From an uncultured virus (IMG/VR IMGVR_UViG_3300029705_002947) (Duplodnaviria; Heunggongvirae; Uroviricota; Caudoviricetes), in the IMG/VR virus record IMGVR_UViG_3300029705_002947: a DNA stretch of 20,000 nt. One strand, written 5' to 3'. Shown here piece after piece: positions 1-7,481 of this stretch. A program made the translations under genes and the position numbers. The notes beneath the pieces were generated by a model that had not been told where the DNA came from, did no database searches, and saw only the letters and a program-made list of their open reading frames with translations. Position 1 is the stretch's first letter, and the number at the start of each line of letters is the position of its first letter.

Positions 1-2739
1 TAAAACGTTTTCACTACTAGCTTCACCTTCATTATAATAAACTATACAAGGGAAACCATCTATAGCATCATGATACCCGTCTTTTTTAGCTGGAGACATA
101 CCACCTAATTCGTCTATAACTTGATTATAGAATCTTGCAGTAGGTGTATTATTTTTATGTGATTGCTCCATATAGTCACATTTCAATGTATAGCAGCTAT
201 CTTCTACCCAATCAGGTGCGTTAGGAGGAGCAAATTTAAATTTAGATGTTTTTTCTTGATCTACCCATGTTTTTATTTTATAGTTTTTAACAGGATATTG
301 TAGTGAAGATGTACCTTGTAAATATACGTCAACATTATCAAAAACTATAATATTACCTTCACCATCATCATATTCCATTACACAGTCAACAAATGTCTTT
401 TTAGATTCTTTTTTATCTTTAATTGAGTGTAATGTAGCAAATTTAGCGTTTCCTTTAAATTCTTCTCCACCTTTTCTTTTAAATACTATTGTAGGTAAAG
501 ATGCAATTTCTAAGTTATTTTTATCATTTTTTTTCTGTTGTTCTTCACTATCATATATATGAGATATGTAGTTTTGTAATACTTCAGAAGATTTTAAGAA
601 ACTATTATAAATACGTATGAATTTTATTTCACATTCCCCAAAGTTCTCAAATGATATTTCGCCAGCAGCATTAATCATTCTACAAGCATTAAGAATCAAT
701 GGATAAGCTTGTTTTGAACCATCTAAGAATTCATCTTTTTCCGATAATGTAGTACAAGAACAAAGAACACCGTTTATATATACACGAAGTGTTTTTGTAG
801 GGTTAGCATCTTCTATCATGGCTTGCCCGACATGATCGAATGTTCTGACATTATTATCTACTACTAATGTTATATGAACCCATTCATCTTCCACGAATTG
901 TAATTTGTTTACTTGTAAGTTAGATCCTATAGCCATAGTATCATATGATATAGCAACACCTGGGTCGCCTATAGAGTCTGCTTTCATACATGTCATGACT
1001 CTAGCATTTAATTCCCCTATATTTCTAGTACGTATAGCTGTTTCAAGTGTAAATCCTTGTTGACCACCCATACTAAATATTGAGAATGGACTATAAGGAC
1101 GTGGTTCCCCATTTACCATTTGAACCAGTTCCCCATATGACTCACCTGTAAATTTAAGCATCATTTCTCCGTCATCTTCATCAGTTAATGTTTCATCAAT
1201 ATGTTTCCATCCATTAGATGAATAGTTTAATCCATGAAGTAATATTCTATATTTATCCCCTGTATGTCTAGAAGAGTTTTGCCATACATCTGGAGAACCG
1301 TCATTATTTCTTTTTGCATTAGCATCGAAATATGCGATTAAGTTAGGGTTATCTATATAAGGAACTTTTTGATATGTTGATGTAACTACTGTCATAACTT
1401 TTATAGCTGGTTCTTTTGTTTCAACAAGTCTATCGACAGTATATGCTTTTAAAATATATCTATAAGTACCTTCTTCTAATTTACCTACTGACCAATAGTT
1501 AGTTATATTAACCCTAGAAGAAATTCCTGCATCGGCAGTTTTAGCAACTAATTCCCATGATCCTAAGTTATCTTTATAAAGTTCACCTGTCATTACAAAG
1601 TAATCTGCTATTTTAGATATAACCCTAAAAGGAATAGAGAAATACATATTAGTATCAACTTGTTGGTCTTTAGCTTCATCTATGATAGCTATTTCATTTT
1701 CTTCAAGAACTCTAAATACATATTCTAGTTTATTAGATGTAAACACACCTTCAGTAGTATCATTTACACTTTCACCTGTATATGCTTGAGCATGTAATCT
1801 ATATAATCCACGTTTAGGTATTCCAGTTGAAGTCCATACAGATTCCATATATGTTCCTTCTAACACTTCTGTAGTTTCTGCTACAGTTTCACCAGTTTCA
1901 ACATTTACGATTCCTATGTTTAATTTCATATTAGCACTAGCATCTGCTAATGAAGCTATATATGGGAATTCTACAGAATCACCTTCTTCATAAATAGCAG
2001 TTAATAAGGTTTCTTCAAATGTACTTGTTAATTTTAATCCTCCGACTATAACTTTAAATGTTAATGTTTCTGGAGCAGGTATAGTTAAATAATCAGTAGC
2101 AGTTACTGTTATAGTATATGAACCATCAGTAGTTATTCTACCTAAGTTAGCTATAACAGAACCTTTAGCTCCATTCCATGCTTTTACTAAAGAACCATCT
2201 CTATACACACGATACTTACCATCACCATATGTATTACTCATAAAGTTAAATTTTATAATTAATTCTTCATCGTCTTTTAAATATATTTTAGTACCCTCTG
2301 GCATACTAGCATCATATGATAAAGTTGGTATTGATGATTCTTTTTTATTTATTTTATCCCAAGTTGCTGGTACTTTTTTACCATTTTCATCTTCTTTAAC
2401 AGAAGTTACTATATAAAATCCTGGATTGTCGTCATCAGACTCATCTGAAATTATATAAAATATAGATCCAACATTAGCTTTACTTTTAAGCATATCTCTA
2501 TAATTTGGAACTATAGTTGTACTTGTACTACTTACTGAACTCCATACACCTGGTGTACCACCTTCATTACAAATCCATATAGGTTCATCTACAGAAGTAG
2601 CACTGTCATTAATAATCATATCCCCAGTTAAATAAGTACCTTCAGTTGGAATAGAACTACCTCTCATTATTCTATTCTCTGTAAAATAGGTATTATTTTT
2701 ATCAGAGATTAATTTATTCTTTTTATTATTCTCAGACAT
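1..2739 (-). CDS. Large probable virion (tail/baseplate-associated) protein with LamG-like and CotH-kinase-like domains; 3' part runs off the window start
   Basis: Not in the ORF track because it is truncated by the edge. ATG at 2739, GGAG RBS at 2751-2754, late-type promoter at 2782-2793. Manually translated segments: N-terminal IPTEGTYLTGDMIIND..PIWICNEGGTPGVW (tail-fibre/spike-like motif); EWVHITLVVD..LRVYING..IKFIRIYN (LamG-like); LQGTSSLQYPVKNYKIK..YTLKCDYMEQSH..DAIDGFPC (CotH-like N-lobe). Start and window-edge segments are in the same frame; the middle was spot-checked only. Confidence 0.85.
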   Translation of the reverse strand, partial: MSENNKKNKLISDKNNTYFTENRIMRGSSIPTEGTYLTGDMIINDSATSVDEPIWICNEGGTPGVWSSVSSTSTTIVPNYRDMLKSKANVGSIFYIISDESDDDNPGFYIVTSVKEDENGKKVPATWDKINKKESSIPTLSYDASMPEGTKIYLKDDEELIIKFNFMSNTYGDGKYRVYRDGSLVKAWNGAKGSVIANLGRITTDGSYTITVTATDYLTIPAPETLTFKVIVGGLKLTSTFEETLLTAIYEEGDSVEFPYIASLADASANMKLNIGIVNVETGETVAETTEVLEGTYMESVWTSTGIPKRGLYRLHAQAYTGESVNDTTEGVFTSNKLEYVFRVLEENEIAIIDEAKDQQVDTNMYFSIPFRVISKIADYFVMTGELYKDNLGSWELVAKTADAGISSRVNITNYWSVGKLEEGTYRYILKAYTVDRLVETKEPAIKVMTVVTSTYQKVPYIDNPNLIAYFDANAKRNNDGSPDVWQNSSRHTGDKYRILLHGLNYSSNGWKHIDETLTDEDDGEMMLKFTGESYGELVQMVNGEPRPYSPFSIFSMGGQQGFTLETAIRTRNIGELNARVMTCMKADSIGDPGVAISYDTMAIGSNLQVNKLQFVEDEWVHITLVVDNNVRTFDHVGQAMIEDANPTKTLRVYINGVLCSCTTLSEKDEFLDGSKQAYPLILNACRMINAAGEISFENFGECEIKFIRIYNSFLKSSEVLQNYISHIYDSEEQQKKNDKNNLEIASLPTIVFKRKGGEEFKGNAKFATLHSIKDKKESKKTFVDCVMEYDDGEGNIIVFDNVDVYLQGTSSLQYPVKNYKIKTWVDQEKTSKFKFAPPNAPDWVEDSCYTLKCDYMEQSHKNNTPTARFYNQVIDELGGMSPAKKDGYHDAIDGFPCIVYYNEGEASSENVL

Positions 2740-2781
2740 TTATTTTTCAACTCCTTTTAAAAATAAATTATATTTATTCAT

Positions 2782-2793
2782 TACAAAATTGTT
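2782..2793 (-). promoter_or_regulatory. Late-type phage promoter AACA-N6-TA
   Basis: Minus strand AACA-ATTTTG-TA about 45 nt upstream of ATG 2739; context almost identical to the motif at 12093. Confidence 0.7.
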
Positions 2794-2809
2794 TCTGTGA
2801 TGAAAACAA

Positions 2810-2840
2810 GTATTAGATAAGCCAATGGCTTATCTAATAC
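2810..2840 (-). terminator. Intrinsic terminator after the 96-aa coiled-coil gene
   Basis: 14-bp perfect stem GTATTAGATAAGCC/GGCTTATCTAATAC directly after the stop at 2843, followed by TTGTTTTC on the minus strand. Confidence 0.8.
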
Positions 2841-2842
2841 AA

Positions 2843-3133
2843 TTATTTTTTATCTATTAATTTATCTATTTCTCCTAATAATTCTTCTAATTGTGCAACT
2901 CTGTTTTGTAATTGCACAATCTCTTTGTCTTTATTATCTTTAGCTACTCTTTCTTGTTCTAAAGCTTTTTCTAATTCTGCTATTTTTTCATCTCTTGCTT
3001 CTACATCATCTTTAACTGCTAAAAATTGTTCTTTAAGCATATCAATATTAGCAAATAATTCTTCCACCGATAAAATTTTCATTGGTTCTAATTCAGGTTC
3101 TACTTCTTTTTTCTTTTTAAAAAATAATCCCAT
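2843..3133 (-). CDS. Small coiled-coil protein (96 aa, MGLFFKKKKE...), paralog of 4158..4631
   Basis: GGAGGT RBS at 3141-3146 and promoter at 3170-3181 indicate the start is ATG 3133, not the track's 3250; E/K-rich heptad sequence. Confidence 0.8.
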   Translation of the reverse strand: MGLFFKKKKEVEPELEPMKILSVEELFANIDMLKEQFLAVKDDVEARDEKIAELEKALEQERVAKDNKDKEIVQLQNRVAQLEELLGEIDKLIDKK

Positions 3134-3169
3134 ATATAAAACCTCCAATTTTTTATTATTGATATTCAT

Positions 3170-3181
3170 TATAAGATTGTT
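3170..3181 (-). promoter_or_regulatory. Late-type phage promoter AACA-N6-TA
   Basis: Minus strand AACA-ATCTTA-TA followed by ATGAAT, as at 2782. Confidence 0.7.
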
Positions 3182-3190
3182 TCTAATGAT

Positions 3191-3318
3191 AAATATAAAG
3201 ATTGGAGTATACCCCGTACTTAAACGAAGTATACTACAATCATCAACCATGGTTATAAATTTCTATCTTCGTCAACTCGAGGACAGATCTCTGTGGCATA
3301 GACTTGTATGCCTAACTT
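3191..3318 (-). ncRNA. Candidate structured small RNA (~128 nt)
   Basis: Own AACA-N6-TA promoter (3318-3329), three hairpins whose G-U pairs favour the minus strand, terminal stem followed by UUUAUAUUU, no RBS-supported ORF. Confidence 0.55.
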
Positions 3319-3329
3319 ACTATATTGTT
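3318..3329 (-). promoter_or_regulatory. Late-type phage promoter AACA-N6-TA
   Basis: Minus strand AACA-ATATAG-TA just downstream of the hydrolase stop codon. Confidence 0.6.
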
Positions 3330-3333
3330 AGTA

Positions 3334-4158
3334 TTAATATAATTTTATATAATCACCACAAATAAATGCTTGTTTTCCTTTATATATAACACCAAACCAA
3401 TTGTTAAGACAATATTTAACTGTAACAACTTCTCCTTTTTTATATTGACCAAGGATTTTTTTATATTCTGCAGTTCCAGGTCTTCCTGCTCTAACATTTA
3501 ATGCTGATGCAGTTATAACTGCTTTTTTATTATAAGTTCCATTTTTAAACTTACCATCGGCATTTTTATGTGGATCTACAGGTTCTTTCGGTTTAGTTAC
3601 TTCAACAACTGGTGCTGGAGTTGCTTCTATTTTAGCAATTATAGATTTTAAAGTTACTGCATATTTTTTATCCGTAGCCCATGTTCCAGATAAGCCTTCT
3701 ACTGTAGGACACTTACCATATAAATAGGTAAAATGTCTTGGATCTAATGTTGTACCATTGGCTTTGTATTTATCATTTGGATAATTTTTAGTTTCAGGTG
3801 AATACTTAGGACAATTCTTAGCTCCTGCATATAATCCAAGATGATCAGCATGGGCTTGAATTCCATCAGCCCATGATTTAAATCTCATATGTGCGTTAGC
3901 TTCATAATCTCCTCCACCTTTTGTAGTTTTTAATCCACACGTGTTATGGAATGAAGCATTTAATACTCCACCAAAATTAAAATATCCTGTCTCACAACAA
4001 ACTTGTGCTAACATAACAACAGGATTTATTCCATTACCTTCTGCAGCTTTCCATATTATTGGTAAGTTTTGTAATAATAATTTATTTGCTGTTTTTATTG
4101 ATTTAACCCATGCTTCTGCTTGTGCATATGTTGCTGTTGCTTTTCCTAATATATTCAT
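3334..4158 (-). CDS. Peptidoglycan hydrolase/endolysin: GH73 glucosaminidase-type domain + C-terminal SH3b domain
   Basis: AQVCCETG (catalytic Glu), HNTCGLK, FKSWADGIQAH and WATDKKY motifs; Pro-rich linker; ITASALNVRAG..W..GDYI SH3b signature; TAATG overlap with the upstream gene. Confidence 0.85.
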   Translation of the reverse strand: MNILGKATATYAQAEAWVKSIKTANKLLLQNLPIIWKAAEGNGINPVVMLAQVCCETGYFNFGGVLNASFHNTCGLKTTKGGGDYEANAHMRFKSWADGIQAHADHLGLYAGAKNCPKYSPETKNYPNDKYKANGTTLDPRHFTYLYGKCPTVEGLSGTWATDKKYAVTLKSIIAKIEATPAPVVEVTKPKEPVDPHKNADGKFKNGTYNKKAVITASALNVRAGRPGTAEYKKILGQYKKGEVVTVKYCLNNWFGVIYKGKQAFICGDYIKLY

Positions 4159-4631
4159 TATTCATCATCTCCATCTTCTCTTATTATACCACATATACTA
4201 TTTATTTTTCTTAATAAATCATTCTTCTCATTTACTACATCAATAAGTTTATCTTTCAATTTACAATTATCTTCATATCTTTCTTGTGCTTCAGATTCCA
4301 ATCTTTTTATTTTATTATCTCTTTCTTCTATTCTATTTTGTTGTTCTTTTATAACATTATTCAACTCATTTATATTTTCTTCTTTCACAGCAAGCTCATT
4401 AATATAACCTTGCATATCTTCTGTAAGTTTTGCTATTATATCATTTAAAGCTAGTTTATCATTCTCAAGTTCTATAACTAAGTTGTCTCTTTTTTTAACT
4501 TCTTCTAATATTAAGTTTAACTGTTCAGACATAACATCTACACCAGCTATTAGTTCTTTTACTGTTAAGTTATTAATTTTGTCATCATCTTTTTTACTTT
4601 TTGTGTTTGTTATTTCCAATCTATAACCCAT
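4158..4631 (-). CDS. Coiled-coil protein (157 aa, MGYRLE...), paralog of 2843..3133
   Basis: AAGGAG RBS just after the rnr stop supports ATG 4631 over the track's 4688; long heptad pattern. Confidence 0.8.
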   Translation of the reverse strand: MGYRLEITNTKSKKDDDKINNLTVKELIAGVDVMSEQLNLILEEVKKRDNLVIELENDKLALNDIIAKLTEDMQGYINELAVKEENINELNNVIKEQQNRIEERDNKIKRLESEAQERYEDNCKLKDKLIDVVNEKNDLLRKINSICGIIREDGDDE

Positions 4632-4647
4632 TATTACCAACTCCTTT

Positions 4648-6771
4648 TTATAATTCGAATGTAATTTCTCTTGCTTCAACATTAACATTTGTTAGTTTAA
4701 CTGTTACCTCATCCCCAACTCTGAACGCTATTATGTGCATTTCATCACTATGTCCTTGACCTATTAATTCATGTGTATTTTCATTATATTCATAATAGTC
4801 ATCTTTTAATGTTTCTATAGGAACTAATCCTTCTACTGTATCTGGAAGTTCTACATAAAATCCGTAATGTGTTACACTTGAGATAAATCCTTTAAATTCT
4901 TGACCAATTTTATTTTCCATATATAAACATTTGTAATATTTATCAATATCTCTTTCAGCGACTTCTGCTTTTCTTTCCATCTCAGAAGATTGTTCTGAAG
5001 CTTTTAAAACTATAGCATCTAATTTATTTTGTCTTCCTTTACTTATACCACCATTAATAAATTCTTTTATTATTCTATGGATTTGTAAATCTGGATATCT
5101 TCTTATAGGTGATGTAAAATGACAATAAAACTTAGCAGCTAATCCAAAATGACCACTACAATCAGGAGAATATTTAGCTTGTTTTAAAGATCTTAATACT
5201 AAAGAACTTATAGCCCTTTCTTCTTTCTTCCCTTCTATAGATTTTAATATTTTTTGGATTGCTTTTGGATGAACTTCTTCCGTATCACCTTTTATCAATA
5301 AATTATAGTTGTGTATAAATTTATTTAAAGCTTCAACTTTACTTGAACTAGGTGTTTCATGTATTCTATAAACAAAAGGCATGCCTAACCAATAAAAATA
5401 TTCAGCAACTGTTTCGTTAGTTACAAGCATGAACTCTTCTATTATTTTATTAGCAATTCTTCTTTCATAAGGTTCTATATCATAAGGTATCCCATTTTCA
5501 TCTAAATGTATATAAGGTTCTGGGAAGTTAAAATCCAGAGCACCTCTCTTCTCTCTTTTCTTCATAAGAATTCTAGCAAGTTTTTCTGCTAATCTAAAAT
5601 CATCTACTAAATCAGCATATTTAATCTTTAATTCTCTATCGTTATTTTCTAATATATCTGAAACGTCTGTATAAACCATTCTAGCTTTAGATTTGATTAC
5701 AGTTTCTTCTATACTAGAATTAACAACTTCTCCTTTCCCAGTTATTTCCATAAATACAGATAAAGTTAATTTATCCTCATCAGGATTTAAACTACAAACA
5801 CCATTTGATAATTGTTTAGGTAACATAGGGATTACTTTATCTACAAGATAAACAGATGTTGCTCTTTTTAAAGCCTCTTTATCTAAGTTAGACTTTTCTT
5901 TAACATAATGTGTAACATCTGCTATATGAACTCCTAATAAATAGTTACCGTTATCTAACATTTCTACTTGTATAGCATCGTCTAAATCTTTTGCGTCAGC
6001 TCCATCCATTGTAAATATATGTTTATCTCTTAAATCTCTTCTTCTTTCATATTCTTCTTCAGGTATAGGAACTGCTACATGATTTGCATTATCTAATACT
6101 TTTTGTTCAAACTCTAAAGGTAATCCATGTTCTCTTATAATAGATTCTATTTCAATTCCTCTATTGTTTTTATTTCCTAATACTTCTATTATTTTACCTT
6201 CAGGTTTTTTGTTATCAACTTCCCATTTAGTTATTTCTACTAATACCATATCGTCTTCTTCGGCACCATTAAAATATTTCTCTTGTATATAAATATCTGA
6301 TTTAAATTCAGTTCTTTTAGGAACTACGAAAGCGAAATGTTCATGAGGTTTAAATACCCCAACTATTTGTGTAACATTTCTTTTTATTATCTGAACAACT
6401 TTACCTTCTGCTCTTTTATACCCTGAAGCTTCTTTAGTTATTTCTGCAACTACTCTATCGCCATGAACTGCTCCATTAACATCTTTAGATTGTATATATA
6501 AATCACGCTCATTTTCATTATCAGATTCTATAAAACCAAATCCCTTTCTATGAGATATAAACTTACCTACAAAAAGACCAACTTGAGATGGAGGGATTAT
6601 TCTCCCTTTTTTAGTTTCTATAAAATACATGTCTTTTTCAAGTTCATCTAACATTTTATAAAACTCTTCAACATTTTCAATCTTTAATTGAGCTACAAAT
6701 TCTTTTCGTGTTAAAGGTTTATATAAAAAACTATTAATTATGCTAATAAATGATTTCTTAGCTTCTTCCAT
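4648..6771 (-). CDS. rnr: Ribonuclease R (RNB-family 3'-5' exoribonuclease)
   Basis: Cold-shock domains (HRKGFGFI, GAVHGDRV), catalytic TMDGADAKDLDDA, IEEFML, YRIHE, HFGLA..YCHFTSPIRRYPDL, C-terminal S1 domain; AGGAGG RBS. Confidence 0.96.
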   Translation of the reverse strand: MEEAKKSFISIINSFLYKPLTRKEFVAQLKIENVEEFYKMLDELEKDMYFIETKKGRIIPPSQVGLFVGKFISHRKGFGFIESDNENERDLYIQSKDVNGAVHGDRVVAEITKEASGYKRAEGKVVQIIKRNVTQIVGVFKPHEHFAFVVPKRTEFKSDIYIQEKYFNGAEEDDMVLVEITKWEVDNKKPEGKIIEVLGNKNNRGIEIESIIREHGLPLEFEQKVLDNANHVAVPIPEEEYERRRDLRDKHIFTMDGADAKDLDDAIQVEMLDNGNYLLGVHIADVTHYVKEKSNLDKEALKRATSVYLVDKVIPMLPKQLSNGVCSLNPDEDKLTLSVFMEITGKGEVVNSSIEETVIKSKARMVYTDVSDILENNDRELKIKYADLVDDFRLAEKLARILMKKREKRGALDFNFPEPYIHLDENGIPYDIEPYERRIANKIIEEFMLVTNETVAEYFYWLGMPFVYRIHETPSSSKVEALNKFIHNYNLLIKGDTEEVHPKAIQKILKSIEGKKEERAISSLVLRSLKQAKYSPDCSGHFGLAAKFYCHFTSPIRRYPDLQIHRIIKEFINGGISKGRQNKLDAIVLKASEQSSEMERKAEVAERDIDKYYKCLYMENKIGQEFKGFISSVTHYGFYVELPDTVEGLVPIETLKDDYYEYNENTHELIGQGHSDEMHIIAFRVGDEVTVKLTNVNVEAREITFEL

Positions 6772-6797
6772 ATTATCTTACCTCCTAAAAATTTAAT

Positions 6798-6809
6798 TAC
6801 ATAATTGTA
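6798..6809 (-). promoter_or_regulatory. Variant late-type promoter (TACA-N6-TA) upstream of rnr
   Basis: Minus strand TACA-ATTATG-TA between the upstream terminator and the rnr RBS; one mismatch to consensus. Confidence 0.4.
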
Positions 6810-6820
6810 GATAAAAAAAT

Positions 6821-6849
6821 AAAATACTAGGAATCAATCCTAGTATTTT
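6821..6849 (-). terminator. Intrinsic terminator after the 155-aa gene
   Basis: AAAATACTAGGA/TCCTAGTATTTT inverted repeat followed by ATTTTTTT on the minus strand. Confidence 0.8.
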
Positions 6850-7315
6850 ATACAATATATTTCCACTTCCATCCATATAATTCAGCTTCAATTCCATTAC
6901 CATACGTATATTTACGACCAGGTAATCCATCATCATCTATAACTTTTATTTTTCCAAGACATTCTATTTTAACAGGCTCGCATACCCACGTTTCTCCTGT
7001 AATATGAACATCAGGAACTTGTGCTTTAGTTGGATGAATAACATTAAATTGCCCTACTGGTGTATGAACGTAAAATATTTTCCCTTTACAATTCATAGAT
7101 AATCCTAATAAACATTTATCAATAGATTGTGCAAAACACACTCTTTTCGTTTTATTATCTTCAAACCCATTATCTGTTAAAAAGTTTCTTGGTATTCTTG
7201 GTATTAACGTTTTACCATGCATATTAGTTTCTGATAGGAAAATTAAACCTTTATTTGCTCGTCTAACATTATTTCGTGTTTGTTGTTCTTGTAAATATCT
7301 AAAATAATCATTCAT
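6848..7315 (-). CDS. Phage hypothetical protein (PRIP..ED..RVCF..VPD..TGETW type; possible ADP-ribosyltransferase-like fold)
   Basis: 155-aa ORF with GAGGTG RBS; motif pattern resembles a recurrent phage hypothetical family; fold assignment is tentative. Confidence 0.75.
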   Translation of the reverse strand: MNDYFRYLQEQQTRNNVRRANKGLIFLSETNMHGKTLIPRIPRNFLTDNGFEDNKTKRVCFAQSIDKCLLGLSMNCKGKIFYVHTPVGQFNVIHPTKAQVPDVHITGETWVCEPVKIECLGKIKVIDDDGLPGRKYTYGNGIEAELYGWKWKYIV

Positions 7316-7361
7316 TTTTCACACCTCATTTTAGTATATTTTTTTTTATTATAATTTGTTA

Positions 7362-7481
7362 CTATTTTTTCTTAGTTATTTTACATGCTATTATATTAGA
7401 TATCTCATTCATTAACCATAAAATAATTATAGGTGAAAATATTACTAATATAAATAATCCAAATTCTAAAATTTCTTGCAT
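7362..7481 (-). CDS. Small single-pass membrane protein, 39 aa (MQEILEFGLFILVIFSPIIILWLMNEISNIIACKITKKK)
   Basis: Below the ORF-track cutoff. ATG overlaps the helicase stop (TAATG), GAGGT RBS upstream, hydrophobic stretch plus basic tail. Confidence 0.65.
   Translation of the reverse strand: MQEILEFGLFILVIFSPIIILWLMNEISNIIACKITKKK

Noticed and set aside
3134..3250. N-terminal extension of the 2843 ORF given by the track (and likewise 4632-4688)
   Set aside because: Strong RBSs support ATG 3133 and 4631; the extensions overlap a promoter/terminator or the rnr gene.
3250..3318. Hammerhead ribozyme in the minus-strand sRNA candidate (CAGAGA-stem-GAAA)
   Set aside because: Core does not match CUGANGA, and the GAAA register and cleavage-site geometry do not fit.
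2925..3365. Plus-strand 146-aa ORF
   Set aside because: Antisense shadow of the coiled-coil gene and sRNA candidate; Ser/Leu/Phe-rich, no RBS.
3941..4246. Plus-strand 101-aa ORF
   Set aside because: Antisense to the hydrolase and coiled-coil genes; no supporting signals.
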